From Podarcis liolepis (taxonomy: Eukaryota), in assembly GCA_965112155.1 (NCBI GenBank), contig OZ218098.1: 64,000 nt of DNA; one strand, 5' to 3'. Shown here piece by piece: positions 25,490 through 37,235 of this stretch (positions within the stretch are counted from its first letter, which is position 1; every line of letters begins with the position of its first letter). Both the position numbers and the translations under genes were made by a program. The notes beneath the pieces are model-generated. The model was not told where the DNA came from. It ran no database searches and was given only the letters and a program-made list of their open reading frames with translations.

Positions 25490-25646
25490 AAAAAAATTCT
25501 GAAACAGAAGTGTATCTGAAGAAGTGTGCATGCACACGAAAGCTCATACCAAGAACTAACTTAGTTGGTCTTTAAGGTGCTACTGGAAGGAATTTTTTTA
25601 TTTTGACTATGGCAGACCAACACGGCTACCTATCTATAACTGGAAC
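25490..25646 (+). mobile_element. Penelope-like element terminal (pseudo-LTR) fragment with 14-bp TSD
   Basis: TSD CATAAATAAAATAT at 25476-89 and 25647-60. Contains a hammerhead core and the TTGGTCT...AGACCAA inverted motif typical of reptile Penelope termini. Confidence 0.8.
25512..25549 (+). ncRNA. Minimal type I hammerhead ribozyme motif
   Basis: GTAT-CTGAAGA-A-GTGTGCATGCACAC-GAAA-GCT-C-ATAC. Stem I GTAT/ATAC, CUGAnGA and GAAA boxes, palindromic stem II, loopless palindromic stem III (AGCU), UH site with predicted cleavage after C25545. Confidence 0.8.
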
Positions 25647-26247
25647 CATAAATAAAATATGTCCTTTCTGTAGCAATGGGTTTGGATCCTTGGAAAGCCC
25701 TGTGACATAAACTGGGGAAGACACTAGCTTAAGATCACCCAGCAAGCTTCTTGGCTGAGCATAGTTTTTTGGCATTGTCCTTCCAAATACAACACTCTTA
25801 TCTATACTCGGGACATGTCAACCACCTGTACTCCTAGTTGGGTGCCATAATACACTGGTCCTGCAGAAATATTTCCTAGAAAATATATTGTGGGGGGTTT
25901 TCCTTTGTAGGCTAGCTCACACCCATAATGGAAACTTGCATATGTTGACTATACCACCAGAACTTGTTCTGCAATGGCCACTTAGATCTTACTCTAACAA
26001 CATGCTCTAGCCTAAGCTCATGCTCTTTCTCTGTTTGTGCTTTAAAGTGGGTTATCTTGTCAGCAAAGACTTTTCTTTGTTGCTCGTCAAATAATCATAC
26101 AAATTCATGGTGAATGTGTCATTGCAGCCTTTTTGACACATGCTAGATCATGAAACAATAGCAACTATGCAAGCCCAAGCCCTTTTTCCTTTTACAATTC
26201 TAGGTCAGCTTGGTTAAAATAAGAATTAAGTTTTGACAGCTACTCAC

Positions 26248-26379
26248 AGCTTTCCACCAGGTCCCTGGGGAATGAAGACCACAGTTTTCACTGAATTCCA
26301 AGCAGCATGAATCTGGCACCCGTGTGGTATTGTACACTTCAAACCAGTCGGTGAAGTTTGACACTCCACAGCATCTGAA
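26248..26379 (-). CDS. TSPAN4: Tetraspanin-4 coding exon (132 nt): FRCCGVSNFTDWFEVYNTTRVPDSCCLEFSENCGLHSPGTWWKA
   Basis: Tetraspanin CCG and PxSCC motifs, N-glycosylation sequons NFT and NTT, polypyrimidine tract plus CAG acceptor, GTGAGT donor. Confidence 0.97.
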
Positions 26380-28892
26380 CTGAAAAAAAAGAAAGAGGGG
26401 AAAGGCCATTGGACAAGGAGGACATGCAAAGGCTTAGAAGCCACAAGGACACTGGCAAATCAGATGGGGAACCAATGGACTTCAATAGGTATCCCGTTGT
26501 CATAGAATATTCAGTGCAATTCTCTTGCAGCACTTTCTTAATTGCTTAGTATTTTTTTTTTGTATTTTTTTGTAATTCACCTTAGAATTGCAAGGTCTCC
26601 CAAAGGCCCCCTAGCATTTAGACACCTAGTCTATGGCAGTTAAGCTAGTGGCAACAAGAAGCGTCCCCATGTCTTCCCAGGTCCACTGTGACATCAAAGC
26701 ATGTCACTCACTCACTGATCTTATCACAGGGGTCAGGTGGGTGACAGAACCATTTACATCCAGAAATGTACCTCCTCGTCAGATAGTTGGTGGGTTCAAC
26801 CACTGCAAAAAAGGGGCAAGAAAAAGAAGCCTGCCTACATCAGGAGTTGTATAAGTAGCGCTGCCAGAATGCTAATAGTTCTGAATTGCCCCTTTCACTG
26901 GCCTTGGAGATTCAGGGGAGGAAACATTCCCACCAGAGGGTGGAGAATCCAGTCCACACTGCACAGAACCACTAAGTTAACACTATGTTAGGTATAAATG
27001 AAAGCCCAAGAAAGCGTTATTGGTTGAGATCTGTACATTTCATAAGAAAAATGAGAACTAACATTTATGTCAATGTGATAGTTTTTCTGCTGGGTTTCCT
27101 CTACCACCACTATTTCTTTTCTTAATTTCTTCTGCTTGGTGTTTAATAATAAAAAACCCATGACTCAGCAAATGGATTGTCATCAAACGCTGGATTGCCA
27201 GCACACCAAAGCGCAATGATATTATTTTTCAAGTATGCTATTATCACTAGAAAAAAGTAAAGAACAGCAAATGAAATGGTTACAGCAATGAAACCATTTT
27301 TGTAAAGATGAGTGGCTTCAGAGTTGCATATACTCTGCCTTGAAATTGTCTTTGACAGTTAGTAATAGAGATATTCATGATCTGGGAGCTGAGATTGCAG
27401 CCAGCAAACTTTTCTCCAAGTAGCAGAGTACTAAACTTTGATTTGTATCTCTCCCATCGTACCTTCCCAGCATGTGGATGAGCATTTTAGTGCCTCATGA
27501 AGGTGAGTGATTTACAGTTCTGGCTAAGCAGGCAAAATGTTCGCTGGAGGAGTTCAAGCTTCTCTCCCACACTCCAGTCTGCAAACCCGAAATACAGCCT
27601 ACAGCACTGTGCAGCCTGGGCATGTGAATTCATTCACCATTCTGAGATATTCCTGCTGCGGCTTCAAAATAGTCTTCATCTAACTTGCTGCATCCACGAA
27701 ACCTGCAGGCTCACTGGCAGGACGTGGTGAGAGGCCTTAGAGGCTCATGGAGGAGTGAACCCCACTTCACTCACAACCACAACACGGTGTGAGTAAGGGG
27801 AGTGATTTTCTCGTTTTGGGGGGAAATAACCGTAGCTTATTCTGAAAGCATTGGAGGTCAGTGGCAGGCAAGGGAACACTCATCACTACTTGGGATGTGA
27901 CAATTTTGAACTAAGAAAAGCTTGGTTGGATACTTGCATTTCAAAGTATCCCAGTACCATCTTGTGGAACAATAAAAGGAAAGGTGTGGTATACCAACTG
28001 TGATCAAAATTATTCGTAACTCTGTTGTCCACACAGGAAAAAAGAAGGGTGGTGGTGGTGCTAAGCAGATTCATGATAGTCTCTCGTCCCTTGTGATTTG
28101 GAGATTTGCTGCTTTGCCTTCTTGCCTCTCAAATCCCTCCGGATAAAATATTCTAAGGTGGATGTTTATTTACTACTTTGTAAAGGATCAAGTCTATTGC
28201 ACTAACAGAGAAATCCAATATAATTTACAGTATTTCAAAACTGGGCTCTTGTTTTTATTTTCAGAATTAGTTTCTTGAGTAATTGAATGTCTTATTACAG
28301 CCACCATATATTTTAAAGGGGTTCCTTATTCTGGCCCCCCATGGGCTATGTTGAATAGGTTATTGATTTTTTTGCACTACCTTTCTTGAAATTGGATTAA
28401 TATATACTCCCTGCAATAACTCCTTTAGTTCCTTGCTCTTCCAGAGTTCCTAAAATTAATAGCATTTCCCATTTGTGCAAAGCAGTATGTCACAGCAATA
28501 TAGGATTGGGAATGCACATCCATGAAAATGTATAAGAGCAATCTTGGCAGACAATGTAGCTACTCAAGATAGAAAGAGAACAAGCCACTGGGATTATGAC
28601 AAACCTCTCCTATTGTGTTGAGTATAAAAGGAATATTTAAACACAAGGATTCCCAGTGATTAATTGCAATAAATCTGGAGCAATTACTCACATCAAGGGA
28701 AGCCACAGAGCACATCAGACAGCCTAAAAACTGCAGTGCATATTGAAATACTATTTTAGTATTTTTATTATGGATTAACACATTCAGATTATTTTATTTT
28801 ATGTATTGGGTTTTAGAATCATACAACTGTAGAATTGGAAGGGACCTCAAGTGCCATCTAGTCCAACTTCCTGCAATGCAGGCATCCCAGCA

Positions 28893-29106
28893 CAGTTCCG
28901 GAGCCTTGTTTGCATCCCGAATGGAACGCAAGACATGCGCAGGTCATGTTTTGCCACTTGTGCGGATGCGCGCGACGTCATTTTGAGCGTCTGCGCATGC
29001 GCGAGCGGTGAAAGCCGGAAGTAACGTGCTCCGTTACTTCCGGGTTGCCGCGAAGCGCAACTCAAACGCACTCAACCTGAAGCTTATTCAACTCGAGGTA
29101 TGACTA
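28893..29106. mobile_element. CpG-rich Tigger/pogo-like MITE remnant inserted into a CR1 3' end
   Basis: Right end CGAGGTATGACTA+TA resembles a CAGTCATACCTCG-type TIR; the left TIR is mostly deleted. Flanks 28815-28892 and 29110-29132 are a split CR1 tail homologous to 51832-51980. Confidence 0.65.
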
Positions 29107-30130
29107 TAATAACTAACAGATGGCCATCCAACAGCATTTGGTATCCACAATGCTGTCACTGTCATGCCTGTCCCAGTATGGTTTGCGTTTACTGTGTTTT
29201 ATATGGTTTGCTGTGTTTATGATTATTTTTATTACTGTGAACAACCTTGAAACAGGTTGTATAGAAACAGTATGAATAAATATTTTTGAGCATAAGAGAT
29301 GACACTGTGGAGGGCTGATGCTGGGACCAGAGCCAGGTTTGAGCTAGTAATAAACTGATACCAAACTCCAGAGAGGTTTGGTCTTGGCTCACAATTTGCC
29401 TAAGATGGAGTTCATATCTTGAACTCCCCAAGTCCACATCACCAACATTGATGGGACTCATTTCTACATTTAAAAGGTCTGGGAGTAGTGGTGTGTCATC
29501 ACAGTATACAATATATATTAAACATATACAGAGATAAGGGAAATGTTCTCTTTCTTTGCTCCCTGACATATGGAAAGGTGCCTCAGGCAAAGAAGAGAAA
29601 AATGGAGAAATCAAAAGGTTCTACCATATAAACTGCCAGAGAGGCCAGATGAGCTCATTTCCCATTGTATCCACTACTGTTCCAAAATTATAATGGAAAT
29701 GTGACATCTTCTGTGCATTAAAATCACTCGTGAGATGGAGTGGCTTGGTTCTACCCCCTTTAATGAATTTTCACTGCCTGCCCATGCTACTAAAAATAGG
29801 CGCTTTTAGACAATTTGCCCATGTCTTTATGCATGTCTGCATGAAGAAGAGCAGATGAAAATAAGTCCAAAGCTGCTAACGAATCCACTGCAGGTAAATT
29901 TTGATGCAGATGTGGAAGGACTATTAGGCTACATGTCCTGGTTCATAGGTAAGTACCTGTGTACCAGGGTCATGATGCCTAATAAGTGCCACATATTTAT
30001 AGGGCTGAAGCAGTCCCAAGAACACTTTTAGAAACCAATATGAAATCCCATTATGCTGGAAATTCAAAGCCAAAAGGATATATTGTGTGCAGATGGATAA
30101 AAGACAAAAAGAACAACAACGCAAGCTTAC

Positions 30131-30232
30131 ATCTGTTTGTATGATGCTCCATGCATTAGTTAGGCCAATATTTCCATCAGTTCCATATAAATGAAGCCCT
30201 TTCTTCAGGTCCCGCTGAGCATACTTATCAAT
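30131..30232 (-). CDS. TSPAN4: Tetraspanin-4 coding exon (102 nt), start of EC2: IDKYAQRDLKKGLHLYGTDGNIGLTNAWSIIQTD
   Basis: AG acceptor (ct at 30233-34) and GTAAGC donor (30125-30), phase 0/0. The peptide is near-identical to vertebrate TSPAN4 as I recall it (IDRYAQQDLKKGLHLYGT...NAWSIIQTD). Confidence 0.96.
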
Positions 30233-32760
30233 CTGGAAATGAAGCACATACGGTTGCATGTAAGTATGCTAGACCTTGAAAACTCCAAAATGACACTTTT
30301 AAAGCAGACTCCTCTGAAAAGCCATGGTGGTGATTGCACTGAAGGTGGGGTTTGTGTGCAAAATGTGGCAAAGAAAGAACTAGGTGGGATCTGGGCAAAC
30401 GTGCATCTGATGTGAAAATGGCCTCAGCACCTAGCCCATATCCTGACTCTTCCTCTGATTCTCTGAGCCATGGATCTGGCTTTTTTTAGTATCAAGGAAG
30501 TTTTGAAGGAACAATGCTGGCCTTTTCCATTCATTCAGTCCTCTTTACTTAATAATTTTGCTATATATAGAATATTTATTGATGAGGATCTTGCTTTCTC
30601 TGGTGTAGAAAAGATGCCTCCTTCCTTACATTTTTTTTAGCACATTCTGTATTGTATAATAAGTTTCAAAATAACAGTGTGTCGAATAGCTCAGTATTGT
30701 GGAACATTATCAATATTGCAGAGTGGGATAGATGCATTTTAGACATCACATTTCCAATAGCAGTTCACCTTAATAAAAAAATGGTTATTTCTATATGAAG
30801 AGCTTAGGGCGGAGCCGACATACAGAAGCCACTTTTCACAAACATTTTGATCCCATGAGAAGCACTATGAACCATGGTCACCCAACTAAGTGTCAAGGAA
30901 ATATATCCTGCCCTCTGCATTTGCATGTCTATATAGCATCACTATGCAGTCAATTCTAATCACCTATGGTGGCATCGGCATGAACCAAGCACAGGAAGTG
31001 TTTCCCATCACTCTGAACCAGCTTGCTGGCGTCATGTAGCCAAATCTGACAGGCTACGTGGAAATTTGCCATCCTCTATCTGATACCTCACTGGCTTGGA
31101 TCATGTAATAAGGGAGAAGAAAACTGTGCTGAAGGAACAGCCAAAGGGATAAAAATGAGTTCCCTGGGTGACCAGTGAACGTAAATGGGCACTCATTTTC
31201 CTTAGTAATGGAGTTAATTGATAACAAAGTACACCCCACTTGGAAAATAAATACATTTTTTAAAAATGAACTGTGGAAGTAAAAATAAAGAGAAGGAGTG
31301 CAAAAAAGGCAGCCATGAAATTGAAGGCATCTGACAGGTAAATAAGATATGCCAGCTTAGAAATAAGGCAGCTTGGAAATGCTGATCTTCATAATAGGTG
31401 GCTGCTATATCAACGTACACTTCACCTGCAGATTAATATGGAATAGGAGTGCCCAAACTAAAAAAAGCAGAAAAGTGTCTAAGCAGCAAACTTAATGAAA
31501 TGCAAAATGCCAAGGTTGCTTTTCTGCAAACCATTTGACACAGTTGCACGGCATGATAATCCCTCTGACTAGGATTCAGATGTTGCCCTACTTAATGTAA
31601 TCTTCATGCCCTGTTTCAGATCAATAATTTTTAATAACCCCAAGTCAACATTTGTAAAATGCCTGAAGGATCCAGAGGAATATTTTGTTAGCTCAGGTGT
31701 GCTTTAACACATTTTCTCATTTTACCATAATAGATTGCTTAACCATGCATTTCTGTTCAACATTGTACCATGTAAGAAAATCACTAATGTGCAACTTGTA
31801 TAAATAGAAATCAGTAGCAGCAGGTGACAACATCTGGGAGATCTTCACCTTTTCCCAGGACACAAGTTAACCTGAGTGACAGGAAAAAGCTTATGGGTTA
31901 ATTAATACCCCTCAAGGCACAGCAGATTTTTCTGGCTGAGCCCCTTCCCACTGTGCTAAAAAGCCCAAACAAATATGTGCATATATTGCATGGATTATTC
32001 TCACTGCATTGAAGAAATAGTTGCTATCAGTTACTATACTGATGTCTGGCATGAAGGTGTACCAACCACAGACTGATCAGAAGCAGGTTAACCACCAGGG
32101 GTGGCCCAGTTTTCAGAATACCTGGTTAAAAACAGTAAATGCAAGTTGCAGCACGCATTTCATAACACCAACTTTGTGCCACGAATGTTTACCAGCTTGA
32201 ATATTCTGAATGATTAGCCATTATCACTACTTTAAACACCACCATTCTTGATTTGACTTTGCAAAGCATACTCAAGTGTTCTAGCAAATACATGTTGTTG
32301 TTGTTATTATACTTATTTATACTATATCCTGCCCTTTTCCCCAGACCAAGACTCAAGGTGGCTTCCAGATACAATAGAAAAAGTTAAAATAGCCTTGGGA
32401 AGAGCAAAACATTCTGTACACGCAACTGAGATAAAGTCTCTTTCATAGCTCAGGGTATCATACAGATAAATATGCTGCAGATTACAAAATGCTTAAAATG
32501 CTACCTTATTATAGTAATGTAACTCATATTAGCAATGACAGATCATTCTAATGTTTAGTTACAAGAGCATCTGAGCTACTGTGAAACATGCAATATATAT
32601 TTTTTTAAGTAACCAACCATTTAAAATTAACCAGATGCCTTGTATCTTATTTTCCAGCAGATCAGTTCATATGTGTGAGGCTCATTTTTAGGTGTCCTTG
32701 TTTGGGCATCTACAGTATGTGCTTACATTCAGAGTAGTCCTTTCTTCTTCCACTCCCAAC

Positions 32761-32798
32761 TATCCAACCATCCATCCATCCAGCCATCCATCCATCCA
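32761..32798. repeat. Imperfect (CCAT)n microsatellite
   Basis: Direct reading. Confidence 0.85.
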
Positions 32799-34450
32799 GT
32801 GTAGACAATGGTGCATAATAAGCTATACCCCCCACCTCAACAGTTTTGGAATCTTGTCAGGCGGATGATGTTCACACAGCTCCAGTGACTTGTATTTGAG
32901 AAAGTAAGAAATATTTTAGGTAGCTGCTGGGGGTGAAACAGTTCCAAGAAAGACATCAAGGAAGAGTTTGTGCTGTAGGAGTCTTTCTAGCTCCATTTGC
33001 ATCAATATATTCCTCACAGCAGCAGCAGGGTGGAAGGAAAGTAGCGTTATCTGTGTTTAGAACTGGGGAAAGGCAGAATGATATAGGAGGCGCTTGGACT
33101 CTGGAGGAAACATAATGCTGCCTGCTGCAGCCAGTTTTTATGGATTGGAGGGAAGATATAAAAAGGGCTGTGAAGCCAACAATGATATTGGCTGCCTCCT
33201 GTGATTTGAGAGGAATGGTAGCTGAAGGTGTTGTGGTCCTGGTCGTCATTCCTACAGGGGACTCTGGGCCTGGGTATGGGAAAGAGGAGTGACCCATGGA
33301 ATCTGGAGGGCATGTAAATCTAACAGAAGAGCTCTTCAGCCAGTGGCTGCCACACGATGCCTTCTGGGAGCAGGAGGGGGTCATTGGTGGACTCCTGGTG
33401 AGGCCTATTAAATGAATACATTGCTTCCCACTTTAAAAAAAAAAGAAGTAGTAGTCTTGAAGTGTTTACAATCAAATAAATAATGTATATTAATAAGTAA
33501 TAAAATGAAAGCCTGGAGTGGAGAAAAATGCAGAGACTTTGCAGCTTTGAGGCAGAGGAGGCCATGGAGGCCATGACTCTGTGGAACTGTTGCCTCCCTT
33601 TGGAGGAGGAGCTGTGGAAAGACAGCTTCCAGAAAGCACTGGAACTTAAAATGTAGATTTAGACACTATGAGCAGATTCTTTGTACCTCAGCATCACAGG
33701 GATTTCTTTATTAAATACACACCCATCCCTAATTTTTAGAAACAATGTCCTTAGTGTCATTATTACTCCTGTCCAGCATTGAGCAACAGTGTCTGGATGA
33801 AGGAAGCATGGGTTGATTTCTTTAAAAATATATATAAAAAATGCTGAGCTTAACAGCAGCATTCCCATGGATTCCCACCTGTGGCCAGAAATTCTAATTT
33901 CAGGCCCCACTGCTCTCTAGTGCATCACATTCTCTTCACCCCCACCCTCCCAATTACTGAGAGCCCAAGCAGCAATTATTTCATACTGAGGAAAGCCTCC
34001 TAGGCAGTGTCTTGATATTGGTAAGTAAATATTTCTGACCTTTCTGATGATTGCTTCCCTCCTCCCCACTAACAAGGGAGAAGAAGCTGTAAAGAAATGA
34101 CAAAATATCCAATTGTTTCCCACTGGGTGAAACTTCTAATTTCATGCCTTTATAATCATTCTCTACAGATAGCGCAGAGCTGGAAATTGAATGTAAATAG
34201 AGAGCACCTAATCTATAAGGTCATTTGCAGGAGCCCCGCTTTCTCCTGGGGAAAAGATGTGATTGATTGTACTACTAGATGAGGACAGCTTAATACTGGG
34301 CTAGGACATTATTCAGTACATGAACTGGCCATGAAAGTGAACATTACACGGAGACTTTATTTTAGGATAAGTCCTGGATGTGAAACTATATCAAAGGCAC
34401 ACCTGCCAGGGGAGAGGCTAATTTGGGATCAGATCTGAATTGTTTTAGAT

Positions 34451-34750
34451 CGTGGGTAGGCAAACTACCCATGCGGCCCAATCACCTTCTAAATTCCTGA
34501 CGGTCTGGGAATCAGCATGTTTTTACATGAGTAGAATGTGTCCTTTTATTTAAAATGCACCTCTGGGTTATTTGTGGGGCCTGCCTGGTGTTTTTACATG
34601 AGTAGAAGGTGTGCTTTTATTTAAAATGCATCTCTGGGTTATTTGTGGAGCATAGGAAATCGTTCATTCCCCCCCCAATATAGTCTGGCCCCCCACAAGG
34701 TCTGGGGGACAGTGGACCGGCCCCCTGCTGAAAAAGTTTGCTGACCCCTG
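34451..34750. mobile_element. hAT-Charlie (OC1-like) non-autonomous element
   Basis: Perfect 8-bp TSD TTTTAGAT, terminus AAAAGTTTGCTGACCCCTG, internal tandem duplication of about 63 bp (34518-34580 / 34589-34651). Confidence 0.85.
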
Positions 34751-36383
34751 TTTTAGATTAACATTCAATTTTAGAAATTTGTCTTATGCTGTATAAATAA
34801 AATCATTATACATGGCTGTACTTCTTCATTTATATTTTCTGTGTTTCAGTTATTTCCCTTCCACCATCCCAAAATAAAGCACCTTGCTGTCTGATCTGCT
34901 GAAGCTCTTTTAAGCTGGCAGCATTTCATATCGACTAGCAAACTGACCTGGCATGCTGCTGAGCAGAAGAAAGCATTTGCAATATCAAGGCATTACTTTC
35001 CAAGCTTAAAAACAGAAATCAAGAGCAAAAGAGTAAATCAGCAGTTTAAGATGCTGAGATAATAATTAGGTGTGACAAAGGTATAGGTTGCTAAAATACC
35101 ATATTTTGCAGGACGATACAAAATCTTAAGCTGCAATGGGAAATGACATAACATGCACGTATGGGACAGAAAAACCACATAGTCAGGTCTTGGCCTACTG
35201 TTGATTATGTAGCAGTTCTGCTGCTGAACAGAGAGGCTGCTGTTCTAATGGGTTGTTATTATTGGGGTGACCAAGCATTTATAGGCCCTACATCACCATA
35301 AAGGCTGCAGCCTTTGAATCCTCCAGGTATCCTAGGATCGGCTGTGCAGGGGCTCCTACCACTCACAAAAGATCACATGGGTGGAAATTGTGGAAATCAA
35401 GAATGAAGAAAATGCATGTCATATATGGACAATAAGGTAGTCTACTATTCATTTTAACGCTGACTGATTTTGTGATTGTAATAATGAATTCACCCTTGGC
35501 ACTGGCACATCAAATTATGTCAAATATTGTGGGCGCCAGCCACACCTTCATATAAGTTAAACAGCCAGTTATTAACTTGCTTTGTCAAAGCAAAGAACAG
35601 GAACCCCTCACAACCTGGGATGAACTTGTCAATAGAGATAGAATTCCAATTAGCTTTTACAAAGGCTACATGAGGCAGAAGCAGATCAACAGGGAAAGTC
35701 ATCATTTCCATTGTTAAAACTAATGACCACTGTATGATTTTAAATTGAGCAGAACAGAAACACTGTGTATATAATCCCAGGCAGGAATTGTCAGACAGCA
35801 AAGGAAGAGCTTTTGGTTTATGTAGAGATGAAAGAATTGGCCCTATGCCCACAGAGCCATTCGATGAAGCAATCTCAAGAGAATAACCTTTGGGTCAATT
35901 ACCTGTATTATCCATTTAGTTAACATAGAAGCAAAGGGGGTGGGGGAGTATTAATACAAAAATTGTACAACTTGGGGATAAAAATTATACTATTTGAGAA
36001 TCAAAAATACCCTACTGCTGAGTCTAAAACAGCAAACTACAGTGGTCAAAATAAAAATGGTTTTCTTAATTGTTAATATTCTCTTCTGCTGCTTTATGGT
36101 TTTGTTGGTTTGATGTTTTAATAGTGATTATGCACACTGGGAAACTGGAGTGTGTGTTAATTGTTAGGAATTGGAGTGTGATCAGTTTATATTATGCTCT
36201 AGTGCATGCAGTTTTTATGTTATTTCTTTGTGTTATTGTAAGTCACCTTGAGACCTTTGTGATAAATGTGATGAATAAATAAATAATCAGAATAAGATGG
36301 TGAAATTTATCTATCTGAATTACTATTCTCAGCAAAGATTTCACTACACTACTAATCGAATCTATACTGCTGACCTTGTTTCA

Positions 36384-36520
36384 CAACCTTCACCAACCCA
36401 GTGACCGCCAGATGTTTTGGACTACAAGTCCCATCAGCCTCAGTCAGCATGCCATACTGGCTAGGCATGTTGGGAGTTGTAGTCCATAAAGTCTGGAGGG
36501 CACCAGGATGGTGAAGGCTA
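36384..36520. mobile_element. Short palindromic hAT-type MITE (GGACTACAA...TTGTAGTCC family)
   Basis: Imperfect hairpin. Related copies at about 770-890, 1800-1951, 5890-6022, 24290-24405 and 50324-50411. Confidence 0.75.
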
Positions 36521-36847
36521 TTGTATGGTGGCTGTCGGGAATGTTTCTCAGCCCTGGGCACAATGGCACATTATGTGATACAATACCAAGATGGTAGCTC
36601 CTTAATTACCTAATTTAGCTTGGTTATTGCACACATCTTGGACACATCTTGACAAAGCACTAGTTAAGGAAGGATAGAACCAAATAGGAGCCCAATAGGA
36701 ACCCAATGTGACCATCATGATAACCTGGAATCAACTCAAGTGGTGGATTGTATGAGAAATTAAGTCATACCAAGCTTGTTCAGGCTGACATCTGCATTTG
36801 GACTGAAAATGCAATTGGAAAACACTATGAGATCTTTATGCTCCATA

Positions 36848-37235
36848 CAGTGTTCGAAACCCCCATTGTTCTAGGTGCCTTTTGTGACAGGGAGTTTCAT
36901 TAGCACAAGCAATTTCTGGGCTTTGGGCACAGTACTGCGCCTAAAATTTCAGATTAAAACTGCAGAGTGGAAGGAAAGGAGGACCTTTTTCTGTCTCCCC
37001 ACTTTCAGCTACTCTCTGGAGAAGAGACCCTCCTAAGAATATTAGGGGGTTGGCAGGGGAAGGACTAGACCATGTGAAAAATGAACATAATATTTTAGCT
37101 GCAGTTCATTTTCAGCTCTGTATGCTTGTTATATTAAAAAAAATCCCATGCCTAGATATTCCATTGTTGTGCCCATAACCTAGGATTAAGGTGCCATTTA
37201 GCTCCTAGCTTTCATATCTGAGTTTTCTAACACTG
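36848..37235. mobile_element. hAT non-autonomous element
   Basis: TIR CAGTGTTCGAAA / TTTCTAACACTG (11/12). TSD GCTCCATA/GCTACATA (7/8). Confidence 0.75.

Noticed and set aside
32956-33384. 142-aa ORF (also 2376-2867 and 16814-17329)
   Set aside because: No recognisable domain or splice context; 16814-17329 overlaps a SINE. Lengths are compatible with chance.
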